Below are positions 29,901 through 44,420 of a stretch of DNA of 64,000 nt, in pieces; the stretch's first letter is position 1; every line of letters begins with the position of its first letter. The stretch lies in assembly GCF_009914755.1 (NCBI RefSeq), contig NC_060929.1. One strand, 5' to 3'. Made by a program: the position numbers and the translations under genes. The notes beneath the pieces were generated by a model. The model was not told the origin of the DNA. It saw nothing but the letters and a program-made list of their open reading frames with translations, and ran no database searches. This stretch comes from the human T2T-CHM13v2.0 reference genome, Homo sapiens.

Positions 29901-32900
29901 AGACTCTGCTAATTTTCCTGCAGAATATTTCTCTTGTGCCTTGTCAGTAGGTTTCATAACCTGATGTTTCTATGCTCCCAAGAAACATTTCATCAGCCAT
30001 ATTAGTTCAAAAATCTTGTCTCACTTGCATACCTGTTTCCTTGTTTAACCATGGTGATGGCATATGCCTTACATAGAAGATGAACTTCATTTTCCTAGAA
30101 ACTTGTGACATACAAATCTCTGCCAGGCTCTGAAGATGAAATAGTTTTGAAGAGGTTTGATAAAAGGAAAGAAACAAAAGAATAAAGGAAGAGAGGAAAG
30201 AAGGGAGGAAAGCAGGGAGAGAATGAAGGAAGGAAAGAAACAAGGAAGGAAATTACCTTGAATATTAGTGGCCATTTTAAGACTTTCTGGTATATTCATT
30301 AAGCTGGAGCAAAAAAAAGTTCATCACTCACTGTCATGAAGCATTCCAACTACTGATTGATTCAAATAATTCATGTGTTCTTTTACTGAGCAGATATTGA
30401 ATCTCTACTATAAATAAAGAGCTCCATTTTATGAATGGAAAACAAGAATGTGTAGAGAGTCACAAATGTAGCAACCAGATTTTCGGTTGCCATACCATAA
30501 ATACACTGGCAGAAGAGCAGTTGTCCCAGAAGACAAACAATTGAGTATAAGATAAATTATCCATGTGATTATTTAACTTTGATATTTCACTGACAACCTG
30601 TCATCTCCTACCTCCCAAAGTACTCTTCCAGATGATTCAACAGTTTAATTGGATGGTATTAGTTTAAAAAAAAAAAAACTATTTTCTTTTCCTCCTACAA
30701 CATAAGGGACAGGGAGATCCACAGCATGACACATTGCTTCTACTGATTCTTTTTACACGGGTTACTTGGCCTTTTTTATTTCACCATATGTCCAAGAACC
30801 TGGCATACTTTGGAGGTGCTTAATTCTTAGGACACCTTAGGAATTGAGCTATTATTTTCTTGTTAAGAGGTCATTAAACCTGAGAATACGTGCATATAGA
30901 GCATATAGACAGGTAAGATCTCACAATAAATTGACAGAAGAATAAATAGTCTCTTGACTCCTATTGCAATATCCTTTTTATTAGAGAATACAACATGCCA
31001 AATTGGATAATCTGCAGGGAAGATAGTGATGATTAAAAAGATACTGTTTATGGCCTGACTTTCACCTTATCATCAAAACCATTCATCACCTTTATATTCC
31101 AATTAGCCTGTGACTTCCATCCATTAAGTCCTAACCATTAAATAAAATACAGAATTATACCACACAATAATAGAAAAATAGCAATTTGTAGTTAAAAATA
31201 AACAAGAAAAGTTTGCATGTCTTTGTTTTCTATTATATTTTATTCTATATTAAAATTCTTTTGCAAAAAATGTGAAAGATAGACACAACAAATGCCTCTA
31301 TCTTTAGAAAAGGTAATATGGAACAATGAAATAACTCTACAAAAAATGAATTTAATGACCTACAAATATACTCTAAATTTACTGCAATTGTGGAAAGACT
31401 TGGAAGGATAAAGAAAACAGTATAGTCAGAGTGCATAGAAATTCCTAGAGGAACTTTCTTATGTATAGCTAAATGTGCATTACTTGTGTTATGTGGAATT
31501 ACATTATGAGTTTCACCCATTCAACTGGGTTGCTTCTTCTACCTTTAGTGTCATTCATTGTGCATCCAAAAAGATACAATATAATGGACAATGTGATATA
31601 GGTTTATTTATTGAATCTGATGTGTTTCATGTTTTATTTTAACTACCAAAGCCAATTTCTTAAGAACTATGAAAGAATTCCCCTAATGTGATCATTGTAT
31701 ACATAATGACAATTAAAAATACATTTATCAGACAGTTGTTCAGATTCACTAACAGCTCCACACTAATTGTTGCTAAAGTCACTGCCTGCAAAGAACAAAA
31801 GGAACTTGTGAATTATCTCTAGCCTTTTTGTTAAACAATGGAGAATTTTTCTTTTCTATTTTGAATCTAAGAAGATCAGTACATAATTAATTTGCATTAA
31901 TGATTTCTTTTTTCAGAATAAGAAAAATGAATAATTTTTATTCAATTTGTAGAAAATTGGCTTCATAAGCAAATTATTAGAAAGAAACACAAAGTAATGC
32001 AAATAGTCTGAAGAAATACTTTTAAAAGTCAAAATGGAGAATGTATCTCTTTAAAAAGGTTCTGGAAGAAGCTGAAAGGTAAAGAGTGCAGTATTTAAAC
32101 ATCACTGTTATATGTTTACTAGACAAGTATTCAGAAAAATGAAAATAGTTAATTGTATATGGTAGCACATTTTTAGATTTTAAAAATTATTTAAAAGTAC
32201 CTTCATAATAAACATCTACAAGGAAGATTGCTTTATATAGTCCTGCCCTTAGATAACTTGGAATGTCTGGTACTGTCTCAAAGAATGAAGCTGTAATCAC
32301 ATTCCTGGGCATTTGTGATATCCGTGGATGGGGAAAGATCTTTTATGAAGTGGTAGTCTGTGAAATGTGTACCTTTACTCTAAGCAGACAATTCAAACTG
32401 ATCCTGGAGATGTGTTTATGAGGCAAACTTACAAGAGTCATTAAAGATGCATACTGTGGCCAAGGAAATTATCTGTGGCTTTCTTCTAAGAGCACACTGA
32501 AGAACAGTAAACATACTAAAAAAAGAAATTCCACCTGTATTGTTTTAGCATTGGTATCTAACACCAGGGTATTTTGCTACATGTTTAATCTCCAAGGAGT
32601 GGTGAAATACTTCAAAAAGGCTTTCCTAATTGGTGGCTTTGGTCTCTAAATTTCTTTTAGCTCCTTTGAAATGCAGTTTTAGGTGTGTTTGCGTGCATTA
32701 TCTACAGATATTTACTTTGGCATACTGCAAAAAAGTCTCCATGGGAGAGTATCTCCTTCATCTTGCTCGTGTGCGATAATATTGAGGGCTTTGAAAGAGG
32801 TTGACTCTCATAGAAGATCCTATTAGACTATTTAAACTTTTATAGGACACTCATACTATGAGGTGACATCAGCTTGTTTTCTAAAAGCTACCGGTACTTT

Positions 32901-33250
32901 AGAGAGTTTCAAGATCCTTTATTTTCAAAGTTAAATACAAAAATCCTACAAATATTGTTGATAGTAATGATGTTTCTTTATTAAAAACTGATTTGGTGGA
33001 GTGGTTCTTAAGTTCTTAACACGAATATTGTACATGAAATTATTTAGTAATTGTGCAAACCATAAAATAATTAGAGTTAATTTTATATGTATGTCTATTT
33101 CAATAATACCAAGAATATATTTCATAGAAAATATATGTCTAGTAGGAATTTATAACTAAATAGAATAAGCTAAGGCTTTCAAAAACTGTTATTTTATGTG
33201 TCCTTTCATCACTTTGCTGTGTTAGTAACTATCAATGCAGTGTCACCCAA

Positions 33251-36200
33251 GGAGGGGGTGAAGCAAGATGGCTGAATAGAACCCTCCAATGATCATCCCC
33301 ACTACAGGAACCCCAAATTGAAGAACTATCCACACAAAAAAAAGCACCTTCAGAAGAACCAAAACTCAGGTGCGCAATCACAATACCTGGTTTTAACATC
33401 CTATCAAGGAAAGAGGCACAGACGAGGATAGGAAAGACAGTCTTGAATTGCTGACAACGCCTCTCCCCCAGCTCCTCAGCAGTGACCATGTGGCACAGAG
33501 GGAATCTGTACCCTTGGCAGAGAACAAGTGCAGTGATTGCAGGCTTTTGCATTGGAACTCAGTATTGCCCTGTCATAGCAGACAGCAAGATGGGGGAGAA
33601 TTCAGATGGCACCCACAGAGGAAGCATTTAGATCAGTCCTAACCACAGAGGAATCTTCCATCACAGACGTCAGAACCTGAGTTACAACTAGCCCCATCAC
33701 GATGGGCTAAATCAGTCTATGGTCCTAAATAAACTTGAAAGATGGTCTAGGCCACAAGGAATGGAATTCCTGGGCAAAGTCCTGGTGCTGTGATGAACTT
33801 AGAATGAGTGGACTTGGGGCGCTTGTGGCCTAGTGAGAAACCAGCTGAGTCATCCAAGAGAGTGCTTGCATCACCCCTCCTGCAACTCCAGGTAGTGCAG
33901 CTCACAGTTCCAGGAGAGAGACTCCTTCTTTCTGCTCCAGGAGAAAAAAAGAGAGTAAAGAGGACTTTGTCTTGCAACTCAGATACTCACTCAGCCACGG
34001 TAGGATAGGGCACCAGGCAGAGTCCTGAGTCCCCCCCATTCCAGACCCTAACTCCTTGATGACATTTCGAGATACACTTTAGTCCAGAAGGGAACCCACT
34101 GCCTTGGAGGGAAAGACCTAGTCCTGCAGGATTCACCACCTGCTGATTAAAGAGCCCTTGAATAAGCATCAGTGGTACCCAGGCAGTACTTGCTGTGGGC
34201 CTGGGTGAGACCCATGGTTGTGCTGGCTTCAGGTAGGACCCAGTGCATTCCCAGCTATGGTGGCCATAGGGAGAGACTACTTCTGCATGAGGAAAGGATA
34301 GAAAAGAGTGGAAAGAACTTTGTCTTGGGGTTTGGGTGCCAGCTCAGTCACAGTAGAATAGAGCAACAGTCAGACTCTTACAGTTCCCAACTCCAGGCTC
34401 CTAGATGGCATTTCTGATCCCATCCTTGGCCAGGAGGGGAAACTCACCACCCTGAAGGGAAAGACACATGCCTGGCTGGATTTGCCACCTGCTGACTGAA
34501 GAGACCTTGGGCCATGAGTGAATAGCAGCAGTAGCCAGTGAACATCACAGGTCTTGGGCAAGACTCAGTGCTGTGTTGATTTTGGGTCTGACCCACCACA
34601 GTCCCAGTGGTGGCAGCCATAGGGGTGCTTTTGTCACTTCTCTCACAGCTCAGCATGGAGAAACAGACTCCGTTTGTTTGGGGGAGAGTAAAGAAAGAGA
34701 ACAATAGTCTCTGCCTAGTAATCTAAGGAATTCTTCCAGATCTTACTTGAGAACACCACGGCTATATGTCTACAATTCTGCAAGAGTCACAGTGTTACTG
34801 GGTTTGGGGTGCTGCCTAATGGCAGACGTTGCTGCAGCGACCAAAGATTTAGATTACAACTCTCAATTTACTTTGAATACTTGGAAAGCCTTCCCAAGAA
34901 GGATGGGTACAAACAAGTCCAGACTCTGAAGCCTACAGTGAATACTTAACTCTTCAATGCCCAGACATTGATAAACATCCACAAACATCAAGACCATCCA
35001 GGAAAACATGACCTCACCAAACAAACTAAATAAGGCAACAAATCCTAGATTGACAGAGATATGTGACCTTTTGACACAGAATTCAAAATATTTGTTTTGA
35101 GAAAGCTCAACAAAATTCAAGATAACACAGAGAAGGAATTCAGAATCCCATCAGATAAATTTAACAAAGAAATAATTTTTTTAATCGAGCAGAAATTCTG
35201 GATCTGGAAAATTCAATCAACACACTGAAGAATTCATTAGTCTCTCAACAGCAGAACTGATTAAGCAGAAGAAACAGCAGAACTGATTAAGCAGAAGAAA
35301 CAATTAGTAAGCTTGTAGACAAACTATTTGGTTAGAGGAGACAGAAAAAAACAATAAAAAAGAATAAATCATTCCTGCAGGACCTAGAAAACAGCCTCAA
35401 AAGAGAAAATCTAAGTTATTGACCTTAAAAAGGAGATAGAGAGAAAGATCAGAAGAGAACATTTATTCAAAGAGATAATAATAGAGAACTTTCCAAACAC
35501 AGAGAAAAATAACAATATTGAAGTAGAGAGAGTTATAGAATACCAAGCAGATTTAACCCAAATAAGACTACATTAAGACATTCAGGCTGAATGAAATAAA
35601 TAAAATTGAAACTAAAAACAATACAAAAAAATCAATGAAATGAAAAGTTGATTTTTTGAAAAAAATAAACAAAATCAACAAATCTGTAGCCAGACTAAGA
35701 AAAGAGACAAGACACAAATAAGTAAAATCAGATATGAAAAAGGAGATATTATAATGGATACTCCAGAAACTCAAAGGATCATTAGAGACTACTATGAACA
35801 ACTGTATGCAAATAAATTGGAAAACCTAACAGAAATGGATAAAGTCCTAGACACATACAACCTACCAAGATTGAACCATAAAAAAAATAGAAAACCCAGA
35901 TAGACCAACATCAAGTAATGAGTACTTAAAAGTACTTAAGTACAAAACCGTACTTAAAAGTCTCTCAGCTAAGAAAAGCCCAGGACCCAATAACTTCACC
36001 GATGAATTCTACCAAACATTTTTAAAAAGGAGCTAATACCAGACCTACTGAAACCCTTCCAAAAAATTAACAGAGTAGGGAATACTTCCAAACTTATTCT
36101 ATGATGCCAGTATTATTCTGATACCAAAATCAGACAAAGACACACAAAAAAAGAAAACTGCAGGCCAATATAACTGACGAACATTGATGCAAAAAATTTT

Positions 36201-38750
36201 CAACAAAACACTAGCAAACAAAATTCAATAACCATTAAAAAGATAATAATTCATCATAACCAAGTGGTTTTATTCCAGGGATGCAAGGATGGTCCAATAT
36301 ACTCAAATCAATTTGATATATCATCTCAACAGAATAAAGGACAAAAACCATATGATCATTTCAATTAATGCTGAATAAGCATTTGATAAAATTCAACATC
36401 TCTTCATGAAGAAAAGCGCCCTAAAAACTGTGTACAGAAGAAATATGTTATCAGACTGAATGGAAAAAAACTTAAAAACTTTCTTCTGACACCTGGAAAA
36501 AGACAAGGTTGCCCATTTTCTCCACTGGTAATCAACATAGTATTTGAAGTCCTAGCTAGAGCAATCAGATGAGAGAAAGAAATAAAGGACATCTAATTTA
36601 GAAAGGAAGAAGCCAAATTATTCTTGTTTGCAGTCAATATGATCTGATATTCAGAAAACCTCCTCCAGAAAACTATTAGAACTGATAAACAAATTCAGCA
36701 AAGCTGCAGGATACAAAATCAACATTCAAAAATCAGTAGCATTTCTATATGACAACAGTGAACAATGCAAGAAAGAAATCAACAAAGTTATACAGTTTGC
36801 AATAGCTACAAATAAACACAAATATCTAAGAATTAACCAGAGAAGTGAGTCTTGACAATAAAAATTAAAACATTGATGCAGGAAATTGAAGAGGGCACAA
36901 AATATGAAAATACATTCCAAGTTTAGGATTGGAATTATCAATATTATTAAAAATGTTCATACTATCCAAAGCAAGCTACAGATTCAATGCAATCCCTATG
37001 AAAGTACCAATGACATTCATCACAGAAATAGAAAAAATAATCCTAAAATGTACATGGACCACAAAAGAGCAAGAATAGTTAAAGTCATCTTAAGCAAAAA
37101 GAACAGAACTAGAGAAATCACATTATCTGATTTCAAATTATATTATAGAGCTATAGTAGCCAAAACGTGACGGATACTGGCATAAAAACAGACACATATA
37201 CCAATGGTACAGAATAAAGAAACCAGAAATAAATCCATACACTTAAGTAAACTCATTTTTGACAAAAGTGCCAAAAACATATATTGGAGAAAGGACAGTC
37301 TCTTCAATAAATGGTGCTGGGAAAACTGGATATCCATATGCAAAAGAATGAAACTGGATCCCTGTCTCTCACCACATTCAAAAAATAAAATCAAAATGAA
37401 TTAAAGACTTACATCTAAGACCTCAAACTGTGAAACTACTAAAGGAAAACACTGGAGAAAGTCTCTAGGAGATTGTACTGAAGAAAAATTTCTTGATTAG
37501 TGTTCTAGAAGCACAGGCAATGAAAGCAAAAATGGACACACGGGATCATATCAAGTTTAAAAGCTTCTACACAGCAAAAGAAACAATCAAATAAATGAAG
37601 AGACAATGCATAGAACAGAAAAAAATGTATTTGCAAACTATCCATCTGACAATGGGTTAATAACCACAATATACAAGGAGGTCATACATCTCTATAGGAA
37701 AAAATCTAATAATCCCACTAAAAATGGGCAAAAGATCTGAGTAGATTCAGAAGAAGACATATAAATGGCAAACAAAAATATGAAAAAGTGCTCAACATCA
37801 CTGATCATCAGAAAAATGCAAATCAAAACTGCAAGGAGATATTATCTTACCTCAGCTAAAATGGCTTTTATTCAAAAGACAGGCAACAATAAATGCTGGC
37901 AAGCATGTGGAGAAAAGGAAACCCTCATACATTATTGGTGGGAATGTAAATAAATAACAGCCACCATGAAGAACAGTATGGAGGTACCTCAAAAAACTAT
38001 AAATTTAGCTACCATATGATCCAGCAATCCCACTGCTAGGTATATATTCACAAGAAAGGAAATCAATATACCAAAGAGATATATGCACTCCCATGTTTAT
38101 TGCAGCACTGTTCACAATAGCCAAGATTTGGAAGCAACCTAAGTGTCCATCCACACATGAATGGATAATGAAAATGTGGTACATTTACACAGTGGACTAC
38201 TATTCACCCATAAAAAAAAATAAGATTCTGTCAATTGCAACAATATGGATGGAACTGGAGGACATAATGTTAAGTGAAATAAGCCAGGCATAGTCAAGAC
38301 ACATTTTGCATGTTCTCATTTATCTGTAGGAGCTAAAAATTAAAACAATAAAACTCATGAAGATAGAGAGTAGAATAATGGTTACTAGAGGCTGAGAAAG
38401 GAAGCTGAGGATGGGAAGAGTGGGGTTGATTAACATTTATAAATATATAGTTAGATAGAATGAATAAGATCTGGTATTTAATAGCAAAACAGAGTGACTA
38501 CAACCAACAATAATTTATTGTATATTTCTAAATAACAGAAAGTATAATGGAAATTTTTAACACAAAGAAATAAATGCTTGAAGTGATGGATACTCCATTT
38601 ACCTTGATGCGATTGTTATGCACTGCATAACTGTATCAAAATATCTCATGTACCTCATAAATATATATATACTTACTACATATCCATAAGTTTTTTTAAA
38701 GTTTCAACAAATAAAATTCAATTAAAGTTAAAATAGTAAAAAATAATAAA
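33251..38750 (+). mobile_element. L1MA2/L1MA3-like LINE with 5' UTR, partial ORF1, internally deleted ORF2 and 3' UTR
   Basis: Starts GGAGGGGGTGAAGCAAGATGGCTGAATAG. ORF2 remnants [14 protein letters not shown] and [21 protein letters not shown]1MA-type 3' UTR TAAATGCTTGAAGTGATGGATACTCCATTTACC...CTGTATCAAAATATCTCATGTACC. Confidence 0.88.
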
Positions 38751-40129
38751 TTATAAGCCCCCAATAAATTGAGTAAAGAAAAAGAAATTATTATCCAAAT
38801 TACATACCTATGAAGAGGGGCTTCCAAAATTAAAAACAAATGCACAAATCCATTTTAAAATAGGAGAGGATTGGCCTCTGTGAGGTTTTGTCATCAATTG
38901 TGTTGGGAATTGGTCCAAATTCCGTCTTCGTGCATGAACAGTTCATATTCAGATGGATGGGGCTGCCCCTTAGAATTCTAGGCCATAATTTATCCCACTA
39001 CCTACAGGCAATACTGTTTATAAAAGCAGTCCTGTAGAAGGGCTGTTTCTTATATTTCAGAGAAGTAAACATTGGCGTAATTTTAAAATCACAGCCGCAG
39101 AGGTTCACAGACTGAAACTGTAAACACAAGTTTGCAGCACTGACATTGATCCTTAAAGATTCAAAATCTTCCAAGCTTCCATACATGGTAAAAAATTGTG
39201 TTGGAATGTGGAGAAAAATAGCTGTTAAAAGATTTTTTAAATAAATTGCTTGTTTTTTCAAATGAGCGATTACTTTTCTCACGTGACCATTCCACTTGTA
39301 TTTTGAAATATTGCAAAAATCTTGATTTTTTAGTTTATCTTCAGAGAATTATAGTAATTGAAATTCTTAAAAGTTACATAAACTATCCTACTATTAATAA
39401 AATAATAACATTAGCTATTATTTATATAGTGTTCATTATGTTCTAGACAACTCTAAGAGATTTTACTTATATTAGTTTGTTAAATACCGGCCAGTTGTTC
39501 AGTAAAAAAGCTATGGGATGCAGATACAAAATATAAAGCATCTACATGAATGAATTGGCTGTGGACCCAAATTTCAGAATGGTTCTAATTGTTTCCTTGG
39601 GCTGTTAAAAAGTGTGTAAATGAATGGTGACCAGATAGCCTGCATTGTCTAGTATAGCACTAAATTAATATGTCCTTTCTCATGTTTAAGACTGTGGGAT
39701 ATTCCAGGCTTACAACACATGTTCAGCTATCTACATTTTAAAGAAGATTCCAAGAACTGAGGACAGAAAAGTAGAGGTGACTATTTTGAGATAAAAATGA
39801 AATCTGACTTCTTATTGGATAACTCCAAGTTAAAATGTCTCAGGATCCACTGGATCAAGAGTTAGAAAAAAATTCATGGAGGAGTCCTCTAAAATTTCAA
39901 AAGCCACTAAAAATACAAGAACAGCTGGAGACTCTCCTATAAAATGTGGAGGTATCTTCGGTAGATGCTATTTACTGAGGCTATTATCACTGTGGACTGA
40001 CTTTAAATACAATGTATAAAAATCAACTATTTTTATGACAGAAAAAAATGAGTACAGTAAAAATAAAATTGAAACATTACAAAAAGGTATGAATTGATGT
40101 CTCACTTTCAACTGTGATCACCTGTCTCT

Positions 40130-40900
40130 CAGGGACAAACATATTTGTTTTTGTAACATCCTAGGTATTCTATGCATACAGAAATTATGACGATTCATTC
40201 ATTTTACAAAAATGAAAAATGGGGAACATAAATGGTTTAAAATAGCAGAATACTACACATACTATATTTGGAAGATTATTCCAAATAGTATGTATTTATT
40301 TTAATGGTTGCATAATATTCCATTGTATAAATGTAACATAATTTATCAAACCAATGTCCTTTCATCAGACGTATGTTTGGTTCTAGTCTTCTGATATTAT
40401 AAACTATACTGCCATGGGTCACCATGTAAACATTTGTTCAAATATCTTAGAAGTAGAAATGCAAAGTTAAGTGTAAATATAGTCTTAATATTAATACACA
40501 TTGCCCAATTTCCTTTTGGAGAATTTGTAACAGTTTGAATGCTTATAAGAAATGTATGAGTGTTTATTCACTCAGTCAGAGACCAACACAAAGTGTTATC
40601 AAACTGATCTTTGCAAAACTAACAGATGAAAAATGAGCTCTAGTATTTTTAATTTGTATTTATTTCATCTTGAATGCCATTGAGTACTTTGTCTTAAATT
40701 TAAAGGATATTATTTTTAAAAAATTTTGACTTCTCTAATCATATTCTTTGCAAATATTGTTTCCTCTACCATAGTTTGTATTTTGGTAATTAATTTTTTG
40801 ACAGGAAGAAAACTTCACACTTTGTATAGTTAAATTCATTAATCTCCTATTTTGGGCAAAATTTGGGTATGATAATATAGATGCACTAACTCATTCCAAT
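40130..40900 (-). mobile_element. Ancient L1ME-like 3' fragment
   Basis: TTTTAATGGTTGCATAATATTCCATTGTATAAATGTAACATAATTTAT, the reverse L1M 3' region. Confidence 0.6.
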
Positions 40901-43900
40901 GAGTTTTTGATTAATTAACAAACTTACAACGGATTTTACTTATTTTTTCTTGAGAAAGAGTTATTCTTAAAATTTTGGCTCAAGATCAGTTTGCCATTGA
41001 AAATGAAATAATGAAATTATTTTCTCCTTTTTACCATATTGAGCAAGCATTCCTATCCATATTTTGTTACAGGAGACAAATATTTGGAAACATTAATGAT
41101 TTTGCAAAATAACATATGTAATGCATCCATGCAAATATTCTGATTTTAAATGTACTATGCTTCCTACTATATTGCTCTCCTCTCTACCCTAATCAATTTT
41201 TAAAAATATATTTTTATCTAAAATTAACAAATGTCATGAAAATGGTTCAGGATGTCCTTTTAATACCAATTATCTTATAATGATTCTAGGATATATTTAT
41301 CAAGACTCAGTATATGAATAGGACTAAAAAAACTGCAGCTAAGCTCACCTTGGGAAAGTCAGAAACCAACCTATAAGTATGGATGATTAATTAAAATATA
41401 TTATTTAGGATTTGAGGTAGGGATATATGCAATCAAAGTCGAGTTACAGTTGCCAAATAAAATAGATGAATGAAAATATAGTTTGACACTCTTGGAATAA
41501 GTTCCCAAGAATATAAGGTGCTATTTATCACCATTTAAATTGATTTACATTCACATTTAATACCCAATTAAGGCTGATATCCTTTTTATTGTAGATTTTA
41601 ATTATTGAAGCCCTATAAGGCAGTTAGGTATATTAATTCCTCCCAAAGCAATTGTTACTGTTTTTAAGCAAGAGCTCTTCTACACCTTTCCTGTTAAGAT
41701 ATTTCTTCTCCTTTTTGATATCTATGCCAACTGTGATTTCAGCTGAAGCACAGAAACACTGATGCTTTGGAAATTATAAATGCACCTTTCACTTCTCAGT
41801 ATCATGTCTCCATTAGTGATACTTCTATGCACACCAACCCTAAATATTTCACAATATGTCCCCCTTTTAGGATCATGCCATGTTCATACTCAGTTTTAGA
41901 ACTTGACTTCAGGGGTGTTTTTTTGTTTGTTTGTTTGGGGTTCTTACAAAAATAAGAAATCTAACAAAATGATGTCTAAGTCACTTCCAGATTTAAGTTC
42001 TATAATCCTGTGATGCATCAATAAAAAAACCTAGAACGTAGGTATGTTTGAGAAAGTAATTGGACTTCAACACAAAAATCATCTCAGATTTTTACTAAGA
42101 GACATGCATGCTTTTTAAGTTATCTCTATTAGATAGATTGATTTTACTATGAGTATTTTATAGCTTTGAAAATTTCTCATCCCTTAGGAAATAATGCCAC
42201 TTGACTATAACCCACATACAATATTGGAAATGCAGTTTTTTGAAGGATGATCGGGTTGTTTCTCAGCATTTCCAACTGCATCTGCCCTGTCATCAGTTTA
42301 CACGTTCACACTTACCCTGTTCCTCATTTATGACCGCTATTTCTTTTTCCCCTACTTGCTAAATGTAATGTCAAATTATCACTAGAATTCAATCTTCTAA
42401 AAGAATGTAAATATTTCCCCTTGAAAGATCAATAAAATTGTTCTGCAAACATAATGAAAATCATTAAAAACATACCACTGATACCCAAACACATTATACA
42501 CTAACTTTACTCTCCATTGACTCTATTAAATAAGTGCATTTGATCTCACAACATTTTTGCTTAATCTAATATCCTTTACAAATAACTAGCATTGAGTGTT
42601 ATACATGTAAAAATCAAGGACTAAGTTGTGTTGGATTCTATAAATACTTAGAGTCCTGAATGGCTTGTGTATTTAACAATACATATGAAGATTGCTCTGA
42701 TTTAAGAAGTAATGTGACTCAATTGTGCATGATAAAAATTGTGAGCAAAAAATAAACAAATTATTTTTTGTACTTCAGTTACTCCATATGAGCATAGGAA
42801 TTCACCTCACAGGGAGCGATGTTAAGCTCTTCAATTACAAAACACATAAAAAGCACAAAGAACTTTCTTATTTTGAGCATAATAAAACCAGGGTTATAAT
42901 TAAACATTATTACATATATACAAAATACAGAGAAGGGTATGTATCCAAATGTATAGTATCATGAGGCTATTTTTTTAAAGCCTGTCATAAAATTTACATA
43001 TCCATTTTTATTTTGTCCCCTCACTACCTCCCTGATTACATTCGAAAGGTGAGTGATGAATTAATCTAGTCGACTTTTCTGTTCTTGGCTCACTATCATT
43101 ATTGGTCTAAGCAAAGTTCCCTCTTGATCAAACTATTTTCTAGTCCCATTATTTTCTCTCTTATTCTACAGGTTACTATTCTAATATATTTATGCATATG
43201 CATTCTTTTGTGCCTCTGGGAAATATTTAGTGGTGGTGTGCATAGAAGTATCTTAAATTTGCATAAATAATATTGTGTTAAGTTGCTGATTCTTACTTTC
43301 TCCACTTACCAGTGCTTGTAAGGTCTCCCTGTTTTGCTACATCTGCATCCTGTCAGTTGCTTTTCATCCTCTCAGAAACAGACACCTGCACTATGCTTAA
43401 CAGTACAACATCACACACAGACACAGAAAGCTGTAATGGGCATTCCCATTCTTGTTCTCCTATTTACCTGTCTTAAAATCCTCAGCAACACATAAAACAT
43501 TAAAAAATTATGTATAAATAATGAGAAAAATACTTGAAAAAATATATGTCAGTAAAGGACAAACTAATATTCCAGATACATGCACAAAACAATATAAAAG
43601 ATTAGTAGTCTGTTAATTCCATCTGCTTCCTATGTAAAAGGGAAAATGTAAGATAGTTTCTGTTGGTGTCAGAATCCATAAAAAGAAATTCCTATGAGTA
43701 TTTCAGAATAAATGTATAGGAATAAATTTTAAGAAAGAACTCTGTAAAACCAGTATGTTGAAACTTATAAAAATATGCTGAAGAACATAAAAGATGATGA
43801 ATAAATGGAGTGTCACAATATGTGTCTAGATTGAAGGAGTCAGTATTTTGATGATGTCAATTTCTCTCAAATTATTCTATAAAACCATCGAAGCGAATAC

Positions 43901-44420
43901 AAAATGTTAACAAAATATATCATGGAATTTTCATGATTAATTCTAAAGTAAACATTGAAGGAAAAATATCTAATAATAGTCAAGAACTTATGAAAAATGA
44001 AAAATAAATGGAATGAGTTATTTTACCAGAAATCAAATATATAGCAGAAATGTAAAGCTAGAACAATTAAAACAATAATATATTGGGGGGGAAATGCACA
44101 AATATCTATGTATCAAAATAGAAAATTTAGAAACATACTAATGTATATGTGAAAATTTAGTATGATGTAGATGTACACAGTACTTCAAATCAATGGGGTA
44201 AAAAGAAACCTAGGAAAACTTAATATCCATTTAGAAATAAACCCCTATTTTATTTAATCCTTATCTTTCATTATTTGCAAAGATACCCCCAAATGGTTTA
44301 AAGATGTATATTTAAATCATGAATTTAGTAGAATAACCTACAGACTACCAGTTAATTATCTTGAGATGGTGAGAGTTTAATCTGATTAAAATGAGGAATC
44401 CAGAAGCCAAAATATAGTTG

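Noticed and set aside
38998-39282. 94-aa minus-strand ORF with cysteines
   Set aside because: No recognisable homology or convincing splice context. Treated only as possible non-coding regulatory DNA.
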